Positions 10,301 to 22,200 of a stretch of 64,000 nucleotides of DNA are shown piece by piece. Each line of letters begins with the position of its first letter. Within the stretch, counting starts at the first letter, position 1. Below the pieces are notes generated by a model that was given only the letters and a program-made list of their open reading frames with translations, had not been told where the DNA came from and did no database searches. Where the stretch lies: contig OZ076420.1 in the NCBI GenBank assembly GCA_964187785.1, forward strand, positions 35,402,001 through 35,466,000, in the 5' to 3' direction. Made by a program: the position numbers and the translations under genes. The DNA is from Amphiscolops sp. MND2022. Its lineage: Eukaryota.

Positions 10301-10671
10301 ATTCTTCAGATTCTGACATCAGTGAGCCGGATGATCAACCGCCGCTGAAACGCCCCTGCCTCACTGCCCCCGCCCCCAAACCAAAGCCCAAAGTTAACAA
10401 CCCGCGTGACTCCATAAATTCAACACTACATTCAGATCCACAACGTGACGCATTCATAAAGTCGCTGAAGTGCTTCCGCAGCACCGGCGGCAAAAACGTA
10501 TGGACAGAGCGGGAAAAAGATGCAGTTGCCCTTTTTTTCCAAGTGAAGCTGAATCCTGCTTATGGGGATATAAAAGCCCGCTGCGAAGAAGCCGGATATA
10601 TTTTTGCCGAAGACGTCTACATCAGAATATACAACAAAGTGAAGGCGGCCACTTTCCTTCATTTGAGATAA
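10301..10671 (+). CDS. SET-ZnF-tyrosine recombinase gene, exon 4: acidic/basic linker (NLS-like PPLKRP) and Myb/SANT/homeodomain-like HTH; stop TAA at 10669-10671
   Basis: Acceptor TTTTCTCTAG| in phase 1, matching exon 3. KNVWTEREKDAVALFF...P....I...C resembles a W-T/S-x-x-E helix-turn-helix start. Spliced total is about 1,020 aa. Confidence 0.78.
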
Positions 10672-11112
10672 ACTTCATTTGCATTAGTTTCATTTATTCT
10701 TTCTTCAATTTAATTCCTATTAATACAATATTATACTGAATCTTATAACTCTAGAGAGGGATCCAAACTAACGAGAAAGTTTGGATCCATTTAGGCAGGA
10801 AATACAACTAAGCAAAATTGTGATTCTACCTCGGTGTCCCGGCAAATTCTTCCGAATAATTCGTCGAAAAATAAGTCGAACCAAATGAACCAAATATGGA
10901 TCTTTTCCGTTAATTCCCCCCAGGGGTGTTCAATAAACATTTATGGGTAAGAAAAATTATACTGAATAAAATAAATGTTTTGTTTTCACACTCACTTAAA
11001 TAAAAATGTTTTTTTTTGCACCTGTTAAAATAAAAATAATTATTCTTGAGAATTCAATTAAATTCGAAAATACTGTGGGGGGAATTGACAGAAAGCTGCA
11101 AATCATTGGTGA

Positions 11113-11402
11113 CTTCCCATAGCTCCGAATATCCATAGCAAAATCGAGTACCATAACTCCGAAAATTTATTTATTTATTTTAGTTGAAAAAATACGCAGA
11201 TCAAGCAAAGAATGAAAATTCAACTGGCGCTCTCGCTTTGGTCATTTCTCTCAATATCGACCTTGTAATTGAAATCAAATAAATGAGGTAAATTCAGTTT
11301 AATTTCTATGGCAAATTAGCTGTGGCACTAGATTTTAGTTTAGGAGCTATGGCACTGAAATTCAAATTCGGAGCTATGAATAGTCATGAATAGTCTATGG
11401 GA
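11113..11402. repeat. Small foldback/MITE-like inverted repeat with CCATAGCTCCGAA subrepeats
   Basis: Left arm carries CCATAGCTCCGAAT, CCATAGC and CCATAACTCCGAA; right arm carries GCTGTGG, GGAGCTATGG, TTCGGAGCTATG and CTATGGGA. No TSD seen. Confidence 0.55.
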
Positions 11403-11573
11403 TCAAGGCCCGAATGCATTTTCAATAAAAACGAAGATAAGTGGTTGAAGTAACAGCTACAACCTGTTTGTAAATAAGTACCTGCTAAATGTCTAAACTC
11501 TAGTTACAGTTGAAGCACAGAAAATTGAAGATTAAACAAATATTAAAAAGACTAACATCAATTTGTATGCTTC

Positions 11574-11913
11574 TGCGTGACTAAAATCAACAATTCTGTT
11601 TCTGCTTTAGACTAACTAACGTCCCAATGTCTTTCTTTTCCATTCCACCTTTTTATGAGAAATTGCGTGACTAAAATCAACAATTCTGTTTCTGCTTTAG
11701 ACTAACTAACGTCCCAATGTCTTTCTTTTCCTTTCCACCTTTTTATGAGAAATTGCGTGACTAAAATCAACAATTCTGGTTCTGCTTTAGACTAACTAAC
11801 GTCCAAGAGTCTTGCTTTTCCTTTCCACCTTTTAATGGGAAATTGCGTGACTAAAATCAACAATAACGTCCAAAAGTCTTCGTTCTTCTCCTTTCCACAT
11901 TTTTATGAGAAAT
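11574..11913 (+). repeat. 90-bp tandem array (about 3.8 copies)
   Basis: Unit starts TGCGTGACTAAAATCAACAA at 11574, 11664, 11754 and 11844. Confidence 0.95.
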
Positions 11914-12691
11914 ATAAAGGAAAATTGATTTGAAATATAATTTGTTCGAAAGGAACAAGAACACTTAAGCTCCCTAGAATGGTGATTCAAGGGAACTTAG
12001 ACAAAGTTAAAAAAACAAAGCTCCAACTTCCTGCAACGTCTAAGAAATAAACGTCAGCTCACCTCTTTCTGTCTTTAAGGGTGTGTAAAGCGACTGAAGT
12101 TGAATCAATTGATCAGTTATTATAGTATATGAAAGGTATGATCTTTATCGAAAACAAGGACACTGTTGCTTTGGGAACCGATCGATTTGCATTGATCATC
12201 TATTTGCACCTCGGTACTCGGAATTAAAGTGAAATTACACCAAGTATTGATCACCAAAAATGTATCAAAAAGGAGTAATTTGGCATTTCTTGCGTTGGTA
12301 GAAAACTTCAAGCAGTATATATACGGTACTACGTAGAACTTCTCTGATACCAATATTGTGTGTTAATTGGCTTGACTGGCCTAATTAACGACGAGGCGCC
12401 ATAATAATGCACTAATAATAAGGGTGTAGTTTGTCCTTGAGATTATCTGAAAAGGGGTTATTTGGCATTGGGAAAAGGCCCTTAATATTTTGGGATATAC
12501 GCGATCGATTTCGTTCAAACTTTGTGAAAAGTATTTTTTAAGGGTTTCGGGCAATTCTGCCAAATTTCGTTTTCCTACGACCCGTGGAAGTGGAGATTCA
12601 GGGTCATGCCAAACTACTCCCCAAATAACCCCTCAGCTGGTGGTATTTGGTATGTGCTAAAATACAACTGTGGGGTTATTTGGCACTGCGT

Positions 12692-12694
<3 letters not shown>

Positions 12695-12762
<68 letters not shown>

Positions 12763-12763
12763 T
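12695..12763 (+). repeat. (AAT)n microsatellite, about 22 units
   Basis: Read directly; it produces the poly-Tyr ORF on the minus strand. Confidence 0.98.
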
Positions 12764-15700
12764 GATAAACGGGCAAAGTATGTTCCGTAATAAGGAGAAC
12801 ATTTTTGCTTCAAAACGGGAAAAATTTTGTTTTCATTTTAAAAATGTTCTGATACTCAATCATAATTTCCTTTTTTGACAGTTACAAACTTGAGATACGA
12901 GATCATGAACAAGTGCCTTACTGTAAAACAGCATGAAGATATTAATTACATGACTTAAGCTCCAATTCCGGACAAACAAAATCACTCTCGTGATTTTAAA
13001 CATTTTCAAGTTTCACTCATTCGATGAAAAAAAATACTTCAGCGTGAACAAGCCCCTTTGTATTTTCAGTATTAACAAGTCTCTTGATCATTATTTACAA
13101 CTTTCAAACTCCTTAGCATTGTTGTGTTACATTCTAAACGTCAGTTGTTCTACTTTTTGTCAATGTGAAGTGTGATTTAATAACTCACTAGAAAACACAA
13201 AGCAGAACTTTATCGGCGATTTTCTTGAAGCGGAAAAATGTCGAGTGAGGTTAATGCTAACTTAGTTAGTTTTTTGTAAATGCGATTTCGAGTTATCAGA
13301 GCAAAGGAATGAAATTCAGAAACTCAAACGGTATAATATTCGTTTTCCGTTAGGACTTTTTGAAAGATACTGAAGACGTGGCGCGCAGTGGCACTGCTAT
13401 ATGTTTAATGGGCGCTTTTAGAAAAAAGTTCAACAATTACTGGCACTCGTTTTTGTTTTTATTTAGGATAGGCGCGAATGCGACGAATTTTTTGTTTAGT
13501 TTGTTCAACTAAACGAATACATCGGAAACGCATCTAAGTAGTGCAAAGGGTCCCCCTTTAATTTTTTCGGCTTTGTGAGATTTTTTTCAAAAAGCAACTC
13601 TTCATCTTTTTGATATTTTGCAACAAACTATATTTTGAAGCAAAGTCCAAGGGGTCTCATTCACATTCTTGAGAATTGATAATTTCCGTCCATATTTCAT
13701 ATGGAAAAAGAAAACATTTAAAACAAACGTTTTTTTTGTACAACATTTATCCAGCACCAAATTTATAGCCAAGCTAAAAGGATTCACCGAAAGAATTCAA
13801 ATTCAACTGACGCAAAATTAGTATCATGCGGTTTGTATTTGTAGAGAATTTTGGATTTTTTTTGGTTAGACCCAAAGACCCCAGAATGACCCCACAAAAA
13901 GTAAAAACAGATTTCGTGGCTTGGAATGTTGAAAACGTTCAAAGGGAAAAATTTCGTTATCCAAGAGCTTTTTCAAAGAAATAAATGCAATTTTCAATGA
14001 AAAATGTCCCAAATTGAGACCAAGATTGAAAAAAAATACCAAAAAATTAGAAATTAACATTCTTAGGAACTTTTTAACAATTTTTTGATACACTAGCTAG
14101 CTTAAAAAGTTGAAAACGTTCAACAAAAAAATCTTTGTCCAAGAGGCTTTTTCGAAAACATAAAAGCAGTTTGTACTGAAAAACATCAAATTCAGACCCA
14201 AATGCACAAAAAATCCATAAAAATCAGGTTTTTAAACTTTTCATGCACTTTTGTCTGTTTTTCGAAAAACGTGGAGGCTTAGAATGTTGTAAACGTTCAA
14301 CAACGAAGGACTCGTTGCCCGTGCTGCTTTTATTAAGAAATAAACGCAGTTTTTTTCATGGCAAAAAGGCTCAAATTGTTACCAAAATGACAAAAACTCC
14401 AATTTTTTTTCATTCTAATGCAACATTAGTTCTTATGTTACCAAAATAACAAAAACTCCAATTTTTTTCATTCTTATGCAACGTTTCATTCTTATACAAC
14501 AACGAGTTCGTTGTCCAAAGGGGTTGTTTGGGGAGGTAATTACAGTTTTGTGAAAACAATTGCCACAATGACCCCGAAATATTCAAAAAAATCTTTTTTT
14601 TCCAAAAAAAATTGGTTTTACTAACGCAATTTTTGTAAAACTCTCAACGTTTTCATGAATTAGAACTCTGATCTTAAACTGTTCAACAACAAGTGCTTGC
14701 GTTGTTCAGTAGGTTTTTTAAAGGGATAAATGCCGGTGTCTGATAAAAATGTGCTTTAATTTGACACAAAAATTGTCGAAATGCCCAAAAATTTCCAGCT
14801 TATGAAGCTTCTTCATGTTATTTGAGTTCAATTGTTGAGAATTTTGGTACGTTAGAAGGTTCAAAACAATCAAAGGCAAAAGAATTAGGTGTGTAATGTC
14901 CGTTTTTCATGAAAAATTAGAGTGTTTGACATCAGAAATACTTCAAAACGAGAAGTGAGTCAGAATTGAAATATTTAGTGCGCAGTCTGTCAACTTTTCG
15001 AAGCGATTCGATCGAAGATTAGAAAAATGAAATGGTTCAACATCAAATGCAAATGATATCCAGTGGGCTTTTGTAGGAGGTTTTTGCTAATCTATGTTTG
15101 GAAAATGTCTCAAATTGACCCGAAAAATACAAAATATCGAACGTTTCCCTTTTTTTACCAATTTCATGCTGCAATGGTTATTCTTGAGCCTCAAATTATG
15201 ACAATGCTAGATCAGTTTGGACGGAAAAATCTTGCTGGTCAACAGGCGTCGTTTTTTGTTACATTGAATGTACAATCTTTTTGCACAATCTCTACAGAAC
15301 ACTCCTGCAGCGACCGAAGCCCAGTAGGCTAAATCTGAAATTCTGACCTTATTTCCAACAATATTGCCTTTTTCTAACAAGAAGAGGAGCTTCGAAAACT
15401 AGCGGTTTCATTTGTTCAGCACGCTACAGTCGAATTTTTGACGTTGTTTCCGAAGTAATTCGCTTTTTACACGGGGCAGAGGTTCAAAGAAACGCTCCCA
15501 TGCCACCCAGCACGCTATATCCGAACTATTTAGGCGTTTTCCGAGCACCGATGGACACGTTTGTGAGTTTTCCTTCAAAAAACGTGCTAAGAGATTTTTG
15601 AGCATTAACTGCGGCACCGACTTCAGACATTCTCATCTTGTTCCTATATTTATTATTTCTGCGATAGCCTATATTTTAATAATATTGAAAATTTTCGGTC

Positions 15701-16384
15701 CACTTTTGTTTAGAATTCTGAGTACCTACAGAAAACTTGAGATATTTTGTTTGGCAGTGAGTATAAGCAAGAGATTTAAATCTCTCAAGCTGCCGACAAC
15801 AATTCGTTTTTCGTGCGATGGAACCAGCGAGTGGTAATTATGCATTCGCACGCCGAATTCATTGAGATGAAGTGAGCGAATTTTTGTAATTATGCTTTCA
15901 GCCGCCGAGTTATTGGAAAAAAGCGAACGAAAGATAAATATTCGTTCGCCGAGAGCATCGCCTGAATTCAAATGCGAATGCGAAACTTCGTCTATGCTTT
16001 TTAGTTGTATTTGCTTTAATCCCAGAAGAATTAAAGGCGGTGTAAACTTGTACAGTGAATAATTGTGCGCTAAATAAATAATTAAGATATGCTTCTAATA
16101 TTGAACATGAAAGCCTCAAAGCAGAAATGATACGGTGCCCGCAAGGGCCTCATTTGTTGAAAGACGCCTTTGGGCAAAAAGGCACACTTACAGAACGGAC
16201 CTTTGTGTAAAAACGAAAAAGCAACGCAAGGCTCAACTAGAATGCCTCTACAGCTCTGCGAGCTAGATCATGCATATGCTCAAAAGGGCGATTCAAAAAG
16301 AAGTGTTCCAACAACTCTCATTTCCAAGACTTTACTCGAAGAAAAGTAAACAACTTGGATACACCGCTTTTTATTGATCCGCTT

Positions 16385-16444
16385 TTGAGTTTTCTGTGTT
16401 GAGTTTTCTTGTGTTGAGTTTTCATGTGTTGAGTTTTCCGTACC
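16385..16444. repeat. About 15-bp tandem repeat (GTGTTGAGTTTTC x4) ending in CCGTACC; possible orphan MITE arm
   Basis: Four copies read directly. The end reads GGTACGG on the minus strand, like the GGTAC terminus of the MITE at 36703. Confidence 0.6.
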
Positions 16445-16559
16445 CATCAATATGTCTGAAAATAGTATTAAAATAGTTCAATTTGGAAAGGAAACGAATG
16501 TTTGAAAGCAATTTAATTAAAACCCCAAGTTTCTCGTGTCAGCAGAGAAAAAATGTGAA

Positions 16560-18700
16560 AAGATTAGCAGATTGGATCATCGAAAAGAATTTCAGCCGAA
16601 ATCGGTAATATCACGGTTCAATTTGAAAGATACAGAAGCTGGACGCAGGATTGGTGCGAACTCACACGCTGGGGAAACAATTTTTTCATGGAAACAATTT
16701 CAAAAAGTTTCAAAAGTTCGCACGATCAAGAAAATTTTAGAGTGATTCCTTGAAGACTCAAATCAGAAATTGCGAGAAACAATTCAGAAAATGATGCCAA
16801 AAAAACTTTGAAAGAAATTCGAAAACCAAGCTAACAGCTCCACGAAAACCCACAACGAAGGACTCTTTGGTCTCCTCAACCTTTGCAACCATAAACAAAT
16901 TTTAGGCTGAAATGGACAGCTGGCCAAGAGAAAGCTTCCAGCGCAAAGCAAAACAGAAAATCATCCACAATATCACAGAATTGTATAATTTCAAACAAGA
17001 TATTACACTTCGAGTTGTGGGTGATTCAAGTAAGGAAGTCAGTGTGGCTGTTTTACAAACAAAAGTTGTCTCTGATCATAAAGCACCGACGTCAATTTTA
17101 GAAAAAAAAACGGTATAAAAAACTGGTTGAAAGTATAGGAATCAGTAAACTGTCAAATGTTTCAGCTAACTAAAAACCCGTAAGTGTCAGAAATCGAGCA
17201 ATCATAAACTCAGTCAGTTTAAAATCAGTGTAAAGCATAAAGTTGATTGTCAAAATCAACTGGTTGAGAGACTAAGGAAATGGCAGCCGGGTACAGCGAA
17301 AACGAAACCGCCCGTAGTGCACTCAAGGAGAAGCGACCAACCGAGCTAATAATAATTCTAATCTGCAACATTCAATTGACAGGTAGTCATACAACTGATT
17401 TTGACAACTTCATCACAACAATGAACAAGCTGCCACTGAGAACACAGAAGTGTTATGCCAGCAATCAGGTGATATTATTGTGCAAATCTGTTGCTTTCTT
17501 CCTTTTTTCTGATCTTTTCTGTAACCAATTTGTGATCTTGTTAGAAAGCCAGACTCCATGTACGTGAATCGAACACAAAGTGCTTGGATTCGGAAAACTA
17601 AATATCTCGTTTAGGCTATCAAGGTTTTCTGTACATTGACTAAAAGCTCGGAAAACCCAAGTCATTATAGCCAATCATGTTTCGACAACGGGAAATAATG
17701 CTGCCAACATGTTAACAGTAGCCAATGTGTGGTAGCCTTGAATTCATCTTGAAGGCATGTCAATTGCCAAGAAGTGCCCGCTAAGGGATGTTTCTCGTGA
17801 GATCATCAAAACTGTTATACAAAAAACGTTTTGGTGAACTGTCTGAACCCACTGAGAGTAATCAAGAACGTTCAATTGATTTCGCCGGTCCATTCAACCA
17901 ATCGAATAAATATCAGACTTTCGGACGCTATGTTCTACATAGAACGGACCACTAAAATTTTTGTCGTTTCGAAAACAGACATTGCTTTATGCGGATTCCA
18001 ACGAAAAAAAAACAAATCCTTCTATAGTTTTCCGAAGCCGAAAAATTCAAATATTCCGTGCTTAAAGGATCATCAAACACAGATGTCTCGATAGGCACTC
18101 ACCGATGTAATGCGACCGAAATGAGGAATATTTTTGGCACTGAGAATGAATCCATCAAGCTCAACGAAATCAACATTTTACATCATTTTGGGTGGAGAAC
18201 GCAATACGATATAAAAATCTTCGAAAATAGTAAATGTCTAATTTAGTTTCACCAACACTGCCTTTGACCGGGAAGGAGGGAAGGACATTGAAAGTTGAGG
18301 AGATTCCACAGTATTAGTCGGCGAAAGTGTCCAGGGCACCAAGTTTGAAAGGGTCTTCTCAAAAAGAAAAGCCACATTGCTAGACCAATCTATCTCCTCA
18401 TATGATTACGTTTTTACCAGCGCGACAACCAGTGCAAGCGAACAGTCATTTAGAAAAAAGGTAAAGCTGCGATAAGGTCGTGCTGTTCCCGTTAGGCGAA
18501 CAAAAAATAGCGTGTGCAGATCAGCTGCCGGAATTCATGTCAATGGACAAACCTAGAGTATACTGATCGACCAGATGACAGCGTTATCACACTGCGAGCA
18601 AACCCGGCAATTACCAATTCGTGTTCGTGAAGGAGACAATGCCAAAAAACAAGACACCTGCACTGAGGTTTTTGGATGACAGAATTTGAAAAGAAGCCTG
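16560..18700 (+). mobile_element. Heavily decayed Ty3/gypsy-like pol remnants
   Basis: Scattered fragments resembling the integrase Zn-binding region (NAANMLTVANVW*P, like HPG...M...A..WWP) and post-integrase text (DSTVLVGESVQGTKFE); many stops and frameshifts. Confidence 0.35.
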
Positions 18701-18810
18701 CAAAAAGAACAAGATATCAATCAGTAGCGCCTAGTGTATTCTAATATGTCATTAAAAAAGAAGTACATTTATCAAATTAAACCGTATTCAATCAAATACA
18801 GTATTCAATT

Positions 18811-19280
18811 TGTAGTTATGTTTGAGGTGACTAATTAATTAAAAGAGTCTGAAGTTATAGTTTGTGAGCTGACGCTCTTTACCACATTGGGGTTGCGCGT
18901 GATTTCTTTGTGGCGCTTGTTCCTCCACTGGTCCCTTGTTTCGTGGTCGGGTAACCGTTCGCAGCTCTTACTGGTGTCAAGGTGTTGACTTAACCGTAAT
19001 GTCTGATCAGCGTCTATTGATCAGATCGTGATAGACTGTTGTTTTCCATTTCCGGTTCTTGCTCCAATTGTCACGGTTTTGCTTCCGAGCTCAGCCTTCT
19101 TACAGTGTTTCCTGTACCATGACATACTGAGTTGTTACATCTAACAATCGGATTAGTTCTTGTCAATCTCATTGATCTGCGTACAGTGTTTTCTCACGAT
19201 TTAAGATCAGTCGCGAATTCAGTGCTTGAACTCAGATTTCTTGCCAGATCACGATTTGTGTGCCAGAGTTGTATAGTATA
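18811..19280 (-). mobile_element. LTR-like segment (about 470 bp) preceded by a polypurine tract
   Basis: On the minus strand, AGTAGGGGGAAAA (19294-19282) precedes TATAC..., and the segment ends ...AACTACA at 18811. It lies directly downstream of gypsy pol C-terminal remnants (19300-19920). Confidence 0.5.
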
Positions 19281-19299
19281 GTTTTCCCCCTACTTTGAG

Positions 19300-22200
19300 G
19301 TGTAATGTGAAATACTCAAATACCTTACCGTTTTCATCTATAAATAAGAGTCCTTTATCTGCGCATTTAGCGTCATCTATTGCACGGTCGTTCTCCGTGT
19401 CCGTCATATGGGCGGAAACGACAGTCAGCGGACCAGAACTGTCTTCCCGGCGAGCTCAGGGGAGAGTTTGAGCCGAGTAGGTTCCTTATCAGCTTTGGGC
19501 TGTGTCCGGACCAAATGTGCCCTTCTGTATAGTGGCGTTGTCTGTCGACTTTTGTAAATCGGGCGTCTGATACCTGAGAACCGGTTCCTCTGTTGTTTGG
19601 GTTCTGCACAATTGCAGCTTTTAGGATACTTACACATCGCATATGTACAATTTTCCCAACTTAGGTGGTAATTGGGAGTTTCCGCCCGATATTGCAATTT
19701 GTGGTTTCTCGGAGTACGGAGAATTTTGACGCATCGAGACTTTTTAGGAGGAAAGATCTATTGAAAATCTTTTTTTTCTTCGGCTTCATGGGTAGCTGGT
19801 CAGAAACACCGCCAGCTTGACTGAATGAGTACACCTGCAAAGTATCAGGTTTCGCTGAAATGAAATTTTTGTTAGTTTTTGCAATATTTCTAACTTGCTT
19901 CTTCAGCAGATTGCTCATTTTGGTCTTTGGTTTCTAGTCACAACAAAGTTCGAAAGCAGATTTTTTAGCCTTGTATTCGGTGTTTTTAGTCGGCGCTTTA
20001 TCCTTTCAAGGAAAATTGTCCAACTATAGCAAAGACCTTTTTTAGTCAGCGCTTCATCTTTTTAAGGAAAAATGCCTGACTATAACATTTTTTTCTTCAG
20101 ACTACAATCTTCACACTGATCGGTCCACTTTTTAGAAACAATCCTGGAACCACCTACGGCTCCAAGTCCGGCCAAGGGGCCAAGGCAAACTTAGTGCAAA
20201 GGGTCCATCCTTTCATTTTTACTTTTTTAACATAACCTACAAAATCGCCCGAGACTAAAGGGTCCCCCCTTTTGATTTTTCTGGGGACTGTGCAACTTTT
20301 TTCGAAATTTTTTAATGTCCCAAAGGGTCCCCCTTTGAGTTTTTTGTTATTTTGCACCAGAATGCATGTTTATAAATCAAAAAGGTCCCCCTTTTACATT
20401 GTTTGGCACTCTGCGACATTTTCCGAAAGATAATAATTTTCGAAAATTTCAAGTTTTTTTCCAAAAAAAGCTTTTGCGCTTTTTGAGCATCAGATATAGC
20501 GCCGTCTTTAGACGTTCTCGTCTTGTTTTCTTCAGACTACAATCCTCACACTGATAGGTCCACTTTTTAGAAACAATCCTGAAACCACCTGAGGCCAAGT
20601 CCGGCCAAGGCAAACTTAGTCCTAAAGTTCCCCCCTTTCATTTTTTACTTTTTCAAGGTCCCCTACAAAACTGGACGGGACTAAGAACGTCCCCCTTTTG
20701 ATTTTTTTCCGCACTGTGCGACTTTTTTCGAATAACTTTTCATCGTCTCAAAAGAGTCCCCCTTCGAGTTTTTTCATAATTTGCAACTGAATGCAGCGCC
20801 GACTTTAGACGTTCTCGTCTTTTTCTAAATATATCTAGGGACATTTCCAAAGCTTTGCTAAACTTTTCGCCGTTTTTGGAAGTGAGTAGACTTTTTGTGA
20901 AGGTTCTGACCCCAGGTTCTACCAGGCCCTTCGCGGTGTGAATTTCGCAGATTATTTTGAAAAAATGAATTTGCGAAACTTTCGGAAGGACCGGACCGTA
21001 AAGGCGGTAGCTTTATCGTCCCAGTGGTTTTTGATAAACCGTTCAGTTCAATGTCCTGTTCGAGAAATCTTACTGCCAATACTTCGTCCGTTGTCGTACA
21101 AAATCTCGCCGCCGGATATTGCGTTCGATGGTTGTCCGATGTAATAGAAATGAATTTCTTCATTTGCAACTTCCAGTGGTGGTAGTCCGCTTTTTCTCTA
21201 CTTGGTATATTAGGTTTAATTTTTTTACCTGACATTTGCAGAGAATGCAAGTATTGCATTTTTTTTCGAAGTGTCTCCATCATCTTCGGCCACCAGAGGT
21301 TGCGCGCTACGAGCACCATCTTGTTGATTCCGGGATTTTCCTTGAGTAGGTTGGCTTTTTGTTGTGGTTTGGAGACTCTTTGACATCACAATTTGTCTTC
21401 TGTACAGGCCAGAACGAACCTGCTGGATAGATTTTCCTCGTTTGATCTAGTACATTTCAAGTATTATTTCGTGCTGTTGTCGTCCCACATATACTAGCGT
21501 CTTCAGTAGGTCTGAATCATTCATTGGAGGTCTCCGTCATCAGTAGCCGCAAGCCTACTGAATAAATTGTTCAGTTTCTCTGACGGCATGCTTGAGATCC
21601 TAATTGTTTGTTTTCTTCTGCAGCTAGTCGAGGGGCTTGCCTCATCGTGACATTTTGGACGCTCTTTACTCCGAACTTTTGTGTCCAATTGATTGCTGGC
21701 ACTTCGAGGTTGGACGAATCTTGGTCCGTCTCGGAGTCGATATGTTCCCCTTCCATGGCAACCGGCATTTACTGGTTTTGTCTGTTTAGGGCTGTTGATG
21801 GTCGTAATCATTTTGTGATGAATGTGGTTATGGTCACTCCGTCTCTTTGAATGGGTGGTCGGTCCACTGTCTTGATTGTAGTGTCTGTTGTTGAAAAATC
21901 TTTCAGCGTTGTGGTTCGCTCTGCTGACGTGAATCACCTGGGCTGCGGTTTCTAATGATTTGCTGTAATCGATCATTGATTACTTTGCGTTCCTCTCGAG
22001 GAATTTTAGTACGTTATGCCTCTTAAATTTTGCTCCGCTCATACCGGGGTTTCCAATCTCTTCCTACGTTCTAATCATTTCTGTGGTTTCAGATGTTTGT
22101 TTGATTGGAGCGATTCCGTTTATTTAACGGCTCTAGTGCCTGGTGATCAGTTAATAATTTTGTTGCCTTACCGTAGACGTACGAACTAAAATGTTGGAGA

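Noticed and set aside
3199-12470. One hAT-type element bounded by the 20-bp imperfect inverted repeats
   Set aside because: No 8-bp or other TSD flanks either candidate right end (12470 or 12687); kept only as a weak hypothesis.
12120-12563. Possible MULE transposase traces (VLVFDKD, KKYF)
   Set aside because: The motifs are too short and the context unconvincing without a profile search.
12614-12802. Poly-tyrosine protein
   Set aside because: Translation of the (AAT)n microsatellite.
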